Source: Candidatus Kaiserbacteria bacterium (GTDB lineage Bacteria > Patescibacteriota > Minisyncoccia > Phycocordibacterales > UBA2100). From it: 64,000 nucleotides of DNA. A program made the translations under genes and the position numbers. The stretch spans positions 368 to 64,367 of the forward strand of contig VGJQ01000002.1 of assembly GCA_016867375.1 (NCBI GenBank), given 5' to 3'. Shown one piece after another: positions 28,199 to 39,700 of this stretch (positions are counted from its first letter, which is position 1; each line of letters opens with the position of its first letter). The notes under the pieces are model-generated. The model worked only from the letters and a program-made list of their open reading frames with translations. It did no database searches and was not told the origin of the DNA.

Positions 28199-28915
28199 AT
28201 GATGCCCCGCATGAAGCGACAGCGCGATTTTTGGAACAAAGAATACAAAGACCCGGAGCACCTGGCACTCTCTACCGCTGTCTCGGAAGACCTGGAAAAA
28301 TTCACCCGGTTTTTGGAGCGCGCCGAAGGCAAACTCCACCTCAATCCGATCGCGCTTGCGGTCGATCTGGGATGTGGCAATGGGCGCAATCTGATCTATC
28401 TCGCAGAGCGCTACGGCATGCGCGGTATCGGGTACGACATCTCCGATGAGGCGATCAAGCAGGCACAGCAGCTTTCCGAAGGATTGCCGATCCACTACGA
28501 GGCGCGCAGTATCGACGGCGATTTCTCCGGCATCAAAGACGGCTCAGTCTCGCTCGTGCTCGACATGATGAGTTCGCACTTCCTCAAGCGTGCGGCGCGC
28601 GAGCATTTGCGCGATGAGATCGTGCGTATCCTGCGCCCGGGCGGATGGCTCTTTTTCAAATCGTTCCTCGGCGAAGGCGATCTCAATGCGCAGCGCATGC
28701 TCAAAGACTATCCAGCAGGGGAGGGTGAGGACAACGCATATATCCATCCCAGGCTTGGCGTCTACGAATACGTCTGGCGCGATGCCGACGCAATACGGGA
28801 ATTCTTTGAACCGTATTTTGAGGTACACAAGGTCGACAAATCGCATCGCCATCTTACCAAGCACGGCGAGCCCAATAAGCGCCGCACTGTGGCGGTGTAT
28901 TTGCAGAAGCAATAG
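28199..28915 (+). CDS. class I SAM-dependent methyltransferase
   Basis: VDLGCGNGRN, GYDIS, LRPGG. Confidence 0.88.
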   Translation: MMPRMKRQRDFWNKEYKDPEHLALSTAVSEDLEKFTRFLERAEGKLHLNPIALAVDLGCGNGRNLIYLAERYGMRGIGYDISDEAIKQAQQLSEGLPIHYEARSIDGDFSGIKDGSVSLVLDMMSSHFLKRAAREHLRDEIVRILRPGGWLFFKSFLGEGDLNAQRMLKDYPAGEGEDNAYIHPRLGVYEYVWRDADAIREFFEPYFEVHKVDKSHRHLTKHGEPNKRRTVAVYLQKQ

Positions 28916-28927
28916 AGGCCTACCTAC

Positions 28928-28973
28928 CCACCTACACTTATCTGTGCCTATAGGCACGGATAAGTGTAGGTGG
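28928..28973. repeat. 46-bp near-perfect palindrome
   Basis: CCACCTACACTTATCTGTGCCTA|TAGGCACGGATAAGTGTAGGTGG; shares CTACACTTA with MITE module A. Confidence 0.8.
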
Positions 28974-29000
28974 TGGATGCATTGTTGTTTGGTCGTGTAA

Positions 29001-29090
29001 GGGTTCGTCCACAAATTAACGAATCCGTTATGTGTGGACTACACGTATGGGCCCGCTCATTTTGTGTTGAACTTACTTATGAACGAGCCC
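29001..29090 (+). mobile_element. MITE family 1
   Basis: TAA before and TTA after; modules A+B. Confidence 0.8.
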
Positions 29091-29093
29091 TTA

Positions 29094-29270
29094 GGGCTCG
29101 TCCGTAAATAAATCGACCCTCTCTGAGCTCATTGCATCGCCGACTACAACCACTCCTCAATCGCAAAAAGCTCATCGTACCTCGGGTACGCCTCGCTTTT
29201 TGCTCAATCGTCGCGGCCGTATTCGACGCGCACTGAGTCATATAGGGTCAATTTATTTACGGAAGAGCCC
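29094..29270. mobile_element. 177-bp MITE with 27-bp TIRs sharing family-1 ends
   Basis: GGGCTCGTCCGTAAATAAATCGACCCT / AGGGTCAATTTATTTACGGAAGAGCCC; flanked by TTA and TAA. Confidence 0.85.
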
Positions 29271-29345
29271 TAACTGTCGGGATGCGCCGTTTGAACGCGC
29301 GGCTTGAACGGTGCGAAGAATCTTTGCGTGGTGTATCATTTCCCC

Positions 29346-32045
29346 ATGGACCGAATGGAAAAGTGGCAGAAGCCGGTACGTGCGCCGGAGACAGGTGGTG
29401 GATCTTCTGATGAGGACCATGAAGAAAGTGACTTCGACCGTCTTAATCGAATAGATCAGGAGGCATTTGACTTCGATCTTCAGCGAGAAACCGAGTTTCT
29501 GAACAAGGTTGAGTGGGCTGATTCTGTGACCCAAAAACAACTTGCCTTACAAGCGATTGCTGATGGAAACGGATGGATGGTGCGGAACAATCCGTTTGAG
29601 TTTAATGCTGCATGTCGCGACAAAGAAATGCTCCTGGCAGTCATTAACGATAGTAATGGTTTATGGGATCAAGACTGGGTATACTGCAAAAGGGCTCATG
29701 AGTCTGATTTGGATAATGATGTCGCACATGCCATCGTACGCGCCGCGCAAGCGGGACCGACTTCATTCCCAAAAATACTGTCGGGAAGCGGTGAGTTTCA
29801 TGGTCTCGATAGTCAAATCGCGCACTATTTGATTGAAGATGGATGGCGAGAGGCAGTGATCAAACATCTCGATAACTTTACTCATCTCGGTAAGGAGACA
29901 TTTTTAACATTGTGGAGAAGTGTGGAAGAATGGATAGAGCATGCTGTGGAGCATGGCAATGCCATACCACCCACTATTGGCGATCGCGTCGATCTTTTAC
30001 GGAATCTCGATAGATTTGATGGGCTCGACAAAAAAGTGCTTGAGAAGATTTTACAGAGCCCGGGTAGCTTCAACGTCTTTGCCAACCTTACATATTTCCC
30101 CAGCGTAACGCATGACGAAATCGCGGAGATGCTCGTAGCACATGGATATTCGAACCAGCTCGCTGCTCATATACATCTTCTTACCGTTTCAGATAAAAAA
30201 GCTCTTTTGAAAAGCTTTATGGACAGCGGCAATGGTGCCGCTATCGTCGGTAATATCGAGAAGTGGAAAGATGTGGTATCCATCGAGCAGGCGACTGATT
30301 GGTTTCATAAAAAGATGGCACAAGTGCTTGAGAAAGAACACACTATTGAAAACACCGAACATTGGGTGGATGAAGACATTGATGAGTATGATGAATTTGA
30401 TGCGTTCCGATACGACGGGGCAATGGAAAATTTACAAAAACTTGTGCAACGAACGTGTGCCATAAATGACGCTTATAACGGGAAAATTGACCCTGTATTA
30501 GGTCGCCTGATGAAAGAGTACGAAACGTGGCCGGGATCCGACATATATCAGGCATATCAAGCACTTCTCACGGAAGGACGTGTTCCACAGCATATATCCG
30601 AGCTCGGCGTGATGCATGGTGGAGAAGTCGGACTCAATCAACTTACCGAGTGATTGCGAGATGTTCGCGGGAAGATCATTCGCGAACAATACGACCCTCA
30701 CATGATCGTGCAGAATCCTTTTGTAAAACACCTCGCCATTGATCTGGTGCGCTATGAACATAGTGATTTTGCTAAAGGAAGTGCGAGGCAGTTTGAGAGT
30801 CAGGTGCTTGAATATATCGGTTTGAAGGACCATATTAAAGGTGGCTTTAAGCCGTTGAACGAAACATACACACCAAGCGATGTGCTCAATATCGCAAAAG
30901 TCGACAAAACGCGCGAAGCGGAGTTCAAGCACACGAAGGATTTTTTCAGCCGGTGGGGGCGCGTTCTCGCGGCGCTTGAGCAGGCGCAATACCTGCTGCA
31001 CAACAAAGGCTCGCGCGGCCTCGGAGAGTTGCGCGAAAGCATCGAGCGGCATGTCGGTGCATACATCGGACGCTTGCGCACCGAGATGCATCAGCCGCCA
31101 AAACGAGTGAACGCCAGAGACAAACCGCTTCCACCGCTTACGTCGCAGCAAATGGAGCAGCGGGTACGGCATATGGAGCAAACGATCGAGCGCCTGCAAA
31201 GCGTCCTTGATCACCGGCCATCGTTGCAAGAGCAATTCAATATATTGCGGTCGATTAAAGGGGAGTTTGATGATGAATTGATGCAACTGATGTTCTTCTT
31301 GGGTTTTCGGTACAACCGTGGCTATGTCAGCGAGCCTCTTCCCTCCTATTCTCTCGAGAATCCGACTCTCGATGAAATCACGTGGGTGATGAACTTCGTC
31401 GATCACATCGTGGGCCAAGAGACACTCTCGAAATACTTTACCGACAAAAAGGCGGCAAAGTCATTTCGCGATCTTATCGATCTTTCGGCGCTCGAGCAGG
31501 GTGTCGCGCGGATGCAAAATGCGCTCGGTACCGCGGGCGCCATGCATATGCAATTCTTGCCCAATCGCGGCTTGCTCGCCGAATTCTCCGGACAAATTGC
31601 CGACGCCTGTTGGGCGACGACGCATGGCATCGGCCTGCTGGAGAAATTCCCCCACATCACGACGCTCCTCATGGTCCAAAATCCCGAGACGGTGCACGAG
31701 CGGCTCGCGGGGGCCGCGCTCCTGATAGAGACTGTCAGCGCGAATGATGAGCCGCTCCTAGTGATCCGTGGTTTGAATCCAATCCAAAATGTCATCAACC
31801 AGCTCGATGTAAAAGACTTTTATCAGCACACAATCACATACCTCAAGACGATAGCGCAGAAGCAGGGTAGGAAGCTCGCCATCGTTATCGACGACCATTC
31901 CGGCGGAGCAGCGACTAATCGACCCGTTCTTTTCACGTATCTCGATCAACTCAAATCATCTCTGCAAAAGGTACGCCTCAAATCAGCACAGGACACGACC
32001 TTCAATGACTACAGTATCGTGAATGATTGTTACCTTGTGGCTTGA
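29346..32045 (+). pseudogene. ~900-aa hypothetical protein interrupted by one in-frame TGA (30651-30653)
   Basis: ORFs 29304-30653 and 30654-32045 abut in the same frame. Confidence 0.7.
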
Positions 32046-32056
32046 AGAAGTTTTTA

Positions 32057-32196
32057 GGTCCCGTTCATAAGGCTCACTTCTGCATACATGACTTTTGGTC
32101 ATGTATGCAAGTGTGCACTTATAATTTCAACACAAAATGAACGGGCCCATAAGTGTAGTCCACAAATAACGAGTACGTTAATTTGTGGACGAGTCC
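32057..32196 (-). mobile_element. MITE family 1 with nested module C (32071-32118)
   Basis: TTA on both sides. Confidence 0.85.
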
Positions 32197-32198
32197 TT

Positions 32199-32246
32199 AA
32201 AGTACTTGTTTATGATTCGCGGCCGCGAATCATAAACAAGTACTTT
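32199..32246. repeat. perfect 48-bp palindrome
   Basis: AAAGTACTTGTTTATGATTCGCGG|CCGCGAATCATAAACAAGTACTTT. Confidence 0.9.
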
Positions 32247-32295
32247 TATCCGGACAATATATTTTGGGATGTTCTAAGGCTTAACCTTAGAACAG

Positions 32296-32333
32296 ATATG
32301 CTATCTTTGCGCTATAGCGTGGAGATAGCATAC
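32296..32333. repeat. 38-bp tripartite palindrome (solo copy)
   Basis: ATATGCTAT-CTTTGC-GCTATAGC-GTGGAG-ATAGCATAC. Confidence 0.85.
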
Positions 32334-32585
32334 AGATATTGAAGCGGGACTTCGTTTGCTTTGAGCATATCCCAAATCGATGAATACTACTCATGACCTC
32401 CGATGTATCAATAGATGTCCTATAGATCTCTTATTCATACGTGGTTTTGCGAACATGCTAAGGACCCGTCCATAAGGGCGGCCTTTTCCTCGATGGTGTT
32501 GCGGGTGCGCGCGGAGTGCAATGGGCACCATTGCACTACCGTGTATGATTGCATCGTTTCGGGGGAATATTACAATGTGCAGACG

Positions 32586-33116
32586 ATGGCCTACTATTAT
32601 TCGCCGTTTCGGAAGGTATATGCAAAACCGTCTGAAGGGTGCCCTTTTTGTACAAGCGCCACGTTTGCAGAGCAGATCATCACTTCAGGGCACGGTATGG
32701 CAGTCGAGAATGAGCATTATCGATGGATCATTAATGCATATCCAAAATTTGAAGGCCATACCATGGTGGTGCCTAAGCGTCATGTGACTACTCTTGGCGA
32801 TGAGAGTGCTGAAGAAATTGTCGCTCGGGAAGAGCTCATTGTGTTGGCGTCAAACACACTTCGGAAGCTGTATCCAGGGTCGGGAATTGAAGTATTTATA
32901 CAAACAGGAGAGGGTTCAGAAAGTAGCGTAGCCCATTTGCACTGGCATGTAGTGCCTTCACTTCCCGAGGATCATCTGCGCGGCTTTGACAAACTCGGTC
33001 ATTTCTTTACGATTGAGCAAGACAAGGAAAAGGTAATCGTCTTTCCGGTGCCGATTCGATTGGCACAAAGCGATCTCCTCAACGCCTTGAGAGATGTTCT
33101 TAGGTCCCGTTCATAA
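32586..33116 (+). CDS. HIT family hydrolase
   Basis: CPFC, N.YP...GH.MVVPKRH, HLHWH triad. Confidence 0.88.
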   Translation: MAYYYSPFRKVYAKPSEGCPFCTSATFAEQIITSGHGMAVENEHYRWIINAYPKFEGHTMVVPKRHVTTLGDESAEEIVAREELIVLASNTLRKLYPGSGIEVFIQTGEGSESSVAHLHWHVVPSLPEDHLRGFDKLGHFFTIEQDKEKVIVFPVPIRLAQSDLLNALRDVLRSRS

Positions 33117-33191
33117 ATAATTTCAACACCAAATGAACGGGTCCATAAGTGTAGTCCACAAATAACGAGTACGTTATTTGTGGACGAGCCC
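33103..33191 (-). mobile_element. MITE family 1 inserted in the last codons of the HIT gene
   Basis: TTA duplication at 33100-02 and 33192-94. Confidence 0.87.
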
Positions 33192-33219
33192 TTACACAAA
33201 CCACATAAGGAACGTACAG

Positions 33220-33500
33220 ATGAAAGCAATCATAATGGCTGGTGGTCGTGGAACGCGACTGGGTCTTTTAACGCATGACAACGTGAATAAACACATGTTG
33301 CCGGTCTACGATCGTCCCATGATCGAATATGTCATACAGACCTTGGTAAAAGGTGGACTCACTGACATTCGCGTCTCTCTGAATTAGAGCAATCCTCAGA
33401 TTTTGATGGCACAGCTCGAAGATGGTGCGCGTCTCGGATGCGACATCCACTACATGTATCATCGCGGCGCGTTTGCGGGGCCTGCCAGACACTTTCTCCA
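33220..33500 (+). pseudogene. truncated sugar-1-phosphate nucleotidyltransferase (RmlA-like)
   Basis: MKAIIMAGGRGTRL..NKHMLPVYDRPMI; in-frame TAG at 33385-87; homology fades at about 33500. Confidence 0.8.
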
Positions 33501-33794
33501 TTGTGATAGGATAGTAGTGCTTTGTCAATACATCAAGAGCAATGTGTTGTTTTTGATGTGTGAGCACAAACATACAAGTCTGACTTGTTCAAAACAAAGT
33601 TATACACAAGCGTGTATCGATGCGGCTTTTTATGCGATAAAATTGACATGGTTTTTATTTTTTATTAAACGGCAATCGTTTACCTGTCGAGGCGCGAGAC
33701 GTCTCTCGAAGTATGGCCCATATACGGAAAAGCAACCGCTTTTCCCGGCAAAACCATGCTCTCGAGAACAAGTCATGCATAATTACTGAACATC

Positions 33795-36700
33795 ATGCGA
33801 AACATAATACGTTTCTTTGGCGCGTTGGGTATTTTATCAGTGTTTCTTTTTACGGGGCTCCACATCGCCTCCGCCGCGATCACGTCGAATACGGCCGCTG
33901 ATCTCACCATCACGGGGCAGACGATCAAAGCCTCGTCGACGCCGCTTGCGGTCATCGGGTTGAACGTCGCTGTAAATGCGGGTGAAAAACTCGCCTCGAC
34001 CTCGATCATGATCGCCGGCTCGAACGGCTTCGCGGTCGCGACCGACCTCGCCCCCCTCGGCACGGCGACATCGTCGGGTATCGCGCTCTACCGCGACACC
34101 AACGGCAACGGCCGCTTCGATGCGGCGGCGGATACCGTCGTCCCGCTTGCAAGCGCACCTGTCTTCACAGGCGCCACGACCACACTTTCGCTCACCGGGG
34201 CGGGCGAAACGCCCATCTCGAACGCGGGCGGCAACAACTACTTCCTCGTCGTGCAAACCGCTGGCGCAGCGGTGAATGGGCACGCGTTCACCGTGAGCAT
34301 CTATCCTGGCAACATTCAGTACAGCTCGGCCACTCCCGCTGGCTCGCCGACGGCCCTCACCACGAATACCATTACCGTCGACACGACGGCGCCCGCGCTC
34401 AATGCGGGCATGACGGGCCCCATGAACGGCTCGACCGGTGTACCCATCTCGACCTTTATCCACATGGGCTTCAATGAAAACCTCGACCAGACGACCCTTA
34501 ATTCATCCAACATCACTCTCACCGCGGGCGGCTCGCCCGTGGGCATCGCGGTACGACCCTTCCCCGACGGCTTCGATGTGGTCGTCTCCAACCCGCCCTC
34601 CTATGCGGCAAGTTCGCGCTTCGCCAAAGCCTCGACCGTCTCCACGGGCTTCTTCGGCGTCAACGGCACCAACACCATCTTCCCGCAGGGCACTTATACC
34701 GCGCCTGTGGTGGGCGATATCGTCTTCACCCAGTTCGACACCTTCGCGCCCGATATCGGCATCGTGACCAACAACACGCTTACCTCGGGCACCTTCGGCG
34801 TGAACGGTTTTGCGCTCTTCCGCCCTGCACAGATCACCAAATTCGCCGTGCCGAATTCGATCGGCGCTGTAACCGCGGCGACGGGTGTGGGCATAGGCGA
34901 TCTCATAGTCGTCAATACGAGCGCTAACCCGACCGACGTCAAGTACAACTGGCACGTCGTTACGACGGCGGACGCCGTCAATGGCGCGAGCTTGCGCCTC
35001 GACGGTTCGGGCGCCGCGCCCACGTACCAGAGCGGCTCATCGTTTAGCCGCCTTTTGCCCGCCGCGACTTCGACAGTCAATGGCTCGGGCGTCTTGAATG
35101 CCTCGACGACGTTTGCCGTGGGTGATCTTGTCTTCGCCCATCTTTCTGCAGGCGGGGATAATCTCAACCGGTACGCGTGGCATCTCGTGACCGCCGTTAC
35201 GGGCGCGGGCATTCTCGGCCCGCAGGGCGGTGGCGGCACCATTTCGCTCGACGGCGGTACGCCCACCTTTGCCAATAACTCGGTCGTCGCCAAGTTGACG
35301 ACCGCGGGCAACGGCGCCGTCGATACAGGCACTCCAGACGCTACAAGCTTCTCCTTCGGCGACATCATGTTCTCCAAAGTGACGGCAAACGCGGGCAACA
35401 CCGGTTCGTACGCCTTCCACATGATCTCAAACGGCGCCACCGGCGCGACCTCGACCGCGTTGCGCCTCGACAACAGCGCGTCCAATCTCCTACCCTCGAC
35501 CGCGTACGTCGCGACCGCAAGCACGGGAGTCAAGGATGCGGCGGGCAACGCTCTTGCATCACCCGTCACGCTCTCCTTCACCACCGGCTCGACCGGCGGC
35601 ACCAACACGACGCCCCCCGCAGTCATGAACACCCAGCCGCAGCAGGGCAACCAGCAATTCGCCCCCAATGGCAAAATTGCGTTGACCTTCAGCGTGACGA
35701 TGCTCGCCGACGGCGGCGCCAATGCCGTCAATAACGCGGCGGTCGTCGTGCTCTCGACGTCGGTCAATGGCGCACCGGGTTCCGCGGTGACGGCTACGCG
35801 CAGCTATGACGCGACAACCAACACGCTCACCGTCACGCCGAGCGCCAATCTTGCCACGAATACCGAGTATGTCGTTCAGGTGACGACCGCCGCGCGCACG
35901 ACGACCGGCGTTTCGATGCCCGGCGAGTATCGCCTGTACTTCCGCACGGCTTCGGCGGTCGACAACACGGCCCCGACCGTCCCCGGCGTCAACCCCGCCG
36001 CAGGTTCGACCGGCATTTCGCTCTCGCAAGTCTTTACCGCCGGATTCTCCAAAGACATGGATCCGGCGACCGTCTCGACGAGCACCGTCAAGCTCCTTAC
36101 GCAAGTCGGCGGTACGGCCGTCGCAGGCAACGTCTCGTACAACCCCATGAGCCGCTCGGCCAATTTCGTGCCGTCGGTCGTGCTCAACACCTCGACCGGG
36201 TACCGCTTCCAGATCGGCGCGGGCCTCACCGGGCCGGCGGATCTTGCCGGCAATCGTCTCGCCGCGACGTCAACTTCGTTTGCGACGACGACGGCATCGG
36301 CCGATGCGGTATCACCGATCGTCTCCTTCGCGAGCGCCGACAACTTCGGCATCGCCGTCACTTTCTCCGAGACGATGAAAACCGGCAGCGGCCCCAATGC
36401 GGCCGACAACATTGCCAACTACACGCTCGAAAGTCCGACGGGCACTTCGATCTCGCTCGGCGGAAAGACGGTCGTCTATGACGCCGGCACCAGGACGGCG
36501 CGTATCTCGGGCCTTTCGCTCCAAAACGGCAACACCTTCAAGGTGACGATCGCCACGCCCGTGCAAGATCTTGCGGGCAACGGCATCTCGACCGCCGGAA
36601 CACCCGCAGGCAATCTCTCTTTCGGCACCGTACAAAGCTCCTCAATGACGGGCGGCCAGCTTGGCCCCGGCACCGGCACGATGGATCAATCGCAGCAGGG

Positions 36701-39700
36701 TATGAATCCGATTCGCGTGAGTCCGATGAGCCGTAGCGCGGGGGTTATATCGCAGTACAACGTAACGTTTCCCGCCGCGACCTCGATTCCGCTTGGCGGT
36801 CAGATTGTGCTCACCTTCCCCTCCGGTTTCGACGTGACAAATGCCGCGATGGTCGCCACCTCCTCGAACGCCTCATTCTGCAACACCGACGTCAACGGCC
36901 CCATGAGCGGTTCGCCGTACATCTTGAGCGTGTCGAACGACGCCAATGCCGGCACCATCACGCTCAATACCGCCGGCGCCGCATCCGGCGCAAACGCGTT
37001 CGTTTGCCTCGACATCGCGGGCATCGTGAATTCGACCGTGCCGTCCACTGCCGGGTACGTCGTTGACCTCAAAACGCGCGACACCGCCGGCAATAACCGC
37101 GCGATTCTCGAAACAAAGAGCGCGGCGCCGTTCTTCCTCGGCGTTGCGGGCACACGCACGCTCACCGTCAATGTCTTCAACGACGGCAACGCAAACAGCA
37201 CGATCAACGCCAATGAAGGCATCGGTAACGTAAAGGTATTTCTGTTCTCGCCAGCGTCCGGAGGACAAATGGCGACGACATCCGCATCGGGTGTTGCGAC
37301 GTTTACCTCGCTCGCCGACGGCGATTACATGCTCGGCCTCGATCCAGGCTCACTCGCGACTGCCTCCTCGACCGTCACCTACAATTCCGCGCCTCAAAAC
37401 TTCACCGTCTCGGCCACCACGCTTGTCAAAAACATCATCGTCTCGGGCGCGGGCAGCACCGTAACGATCTCCGGCACGATCACCGGCCCGTCGGGCACGT
37501 CGATCGACATCTTCGCTTCAAGCCCCAACGGTTTCTCCAAGAAAACGATGACTCTGACCGCCGGCCCCGATGCGTACTCGATCCCCGTTCAGACCAACAG
37601 CACGTACAACATCGGCGTCGGTCCGGCAATGCCCGACACCGCCTTCATCCCGGGCGCTCCGCCACCGCCACCGCCGACGTTCACCTTCATGCCGCCGCCG
37701 TCCTTGATGGTCACGGTCGCTACCACCTCGGTTTCGGGCAAGAACTTCACCCTCTCGAGCGCCTCGAAGACGATCACCGGATCGGTCTTGGATTCCGCGG
37801 GCAACGCCGTATCGAACGCCGGCGTCTTCGCGCGCCCCGTCTCCAATTCGACCGGCGCGGGCGGCGCATCGGGATCGGATCTCGGCTTCGGCACCGGCGG
37901 CATGACCAACACCTCGGGCGCGTTCACGCTCAATGTGGTGCCGGGCACGTACCTCGTCGGCGTGTTCAAGCCGGGTATGCCCAACGTGCCGGATCAGCAA
38001 ATCACCGTGCCGTCGAGCGGCGCCAACACGCCTTCCTCGCTTACCTTCAAGCTCGGCGTCGGCTCGTCGCTCACCATATCGGGTACCGTCAAGGATGACA
38101 GCGGCAATGCGGTACCATATTCCGGCGTTTCCGGCCGCAAAATCACCTCGACATCCGATACGACGCCGATCGGCGGCGGGCAGGGCAACTTCGTCGGCGG
38201 GCCGGCCGACGCCAACGGCGCTTACACGCTCTACGTCACCAACGGTGTCTGGCAAATCGAGGCCTATGCACCGGGCTTCGGGAAGCTCGGCTCCAAGACC
38301 ATTACCGTAGCAGGCTCCTCGCTCTCCGGCCAAGACTTCTCGGCCCAAACGCTTTCGATTGGCACGATTACCGGCTCGACGACCGTGGCATCGGCCGGCG
38401 TGCAGGGTGTGATCGTCCGCGCCGAGGGCGCCAACGGCGCCAACATGGCCGTCTCGGATGCGACCGGCTCGTATAGCCTCAAGGTCCCGGCCGGCACCTA
38501 CACGCTCACGTGCGTCTTCCCGGGACAGGGCGATTCGACCCCGACGACCGGTGTTGCCGTCACGGCCAACAACACTACGAGCGGCCAAGATTGTGCGCTT
38601 GCCGCGCCGATCACCGTCACCGTCAGGCTCACCGACGGCACCAATCCGATCACCAACGCCTTCGTCGACGCGCGCACCTCGACCGGCCGTGGCAATGGCA
38701 CCGGCGACAACGCCACGAGCAGTATCTACGGCGTCTACACGCTCACGCTCGCGCCGGGCACGTACACTATCCGCGCGGGCAGTCCCGCATTCGGCCCCAT
38801 CGGCTCGACCGCCGGGGTCTCCTCGACGCAAACCATCACCTACACAACGCCTAAACTCTACAGCGTAACGGGCACCGTCTCGGCCTCGGGTGTGGGTGCG
38901 ATTAACACATGGGTATCGCTCACGGGAACGCCCACAGGCCAGACCAACATCATTACGACCGGTTCGCAAACGGGCGCGGGCGGCGCCTTCGCGATCTCCG
39001 TGCCGGCGGGGAGTTACCAGATCCGCGCGGACAAACCGGGTTTCATCTCATCGACGCCTTCGACTGTCACCGTCACCGGCGATACCGCGGCGGGGACGCT
39101 CGCGCTCACGACCGCATCCCTCACGATCTCGGGCCAGGTCACGTTGTCGGGTAGCGGCGTCTCGGGCGCATTCGTCGACGCGACGAACGGCTCGGGTGGC
39201 TTTGCAGTAGCGCAAACTGACGCTTCCGGTAACTATTCGCTCGCCGTTTCTTCGGGTACATGGACGGTAACCGCGCGCTCGATAGGGTATTCAGGTGCGA
39301 CAACCGCCTCGGTGGTCGGCGGATCCGCCTCGGGGCAAAACATTGCGCTTTCGGCGATCAGCGGCTTCACGGTCAGGCCCGAGCGCCAGGAAAACGTCAC
39401 GCCGACCATGGGCGGCCTCCTCACTAATTCCGACATCGGCAACGCCTTCAAACTCAACATTCCGGCGAACGCCTTGGGCACCGGTTCAAACGCGGGTACG
39501 GTCAAGACGCAGAACAATACCGCGCTTCCCAATATCGTCAACGGCACCGTGCTCGCTAAAAGCGGCGTTTCGATCAGTGCGGTCGATGCGTCCGGCCAGC
39601 CGGTGAAAAACCTCAACGATAGCGTTACGATTACCGTACCTTACAACGAAAGCGATATTCCGAGCGGCCGATCAGAGAGTGATTTGCAACTCGGCGTGTG

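Noticed and set aside
30651-30653. Genetic code 25 or selenocysteine recoding of TGA
   Set aside because: TGA ends many conserved genes here at the expected position (murD, secY, map, pyrG); there is no redox-motif context and no evident SECIS.
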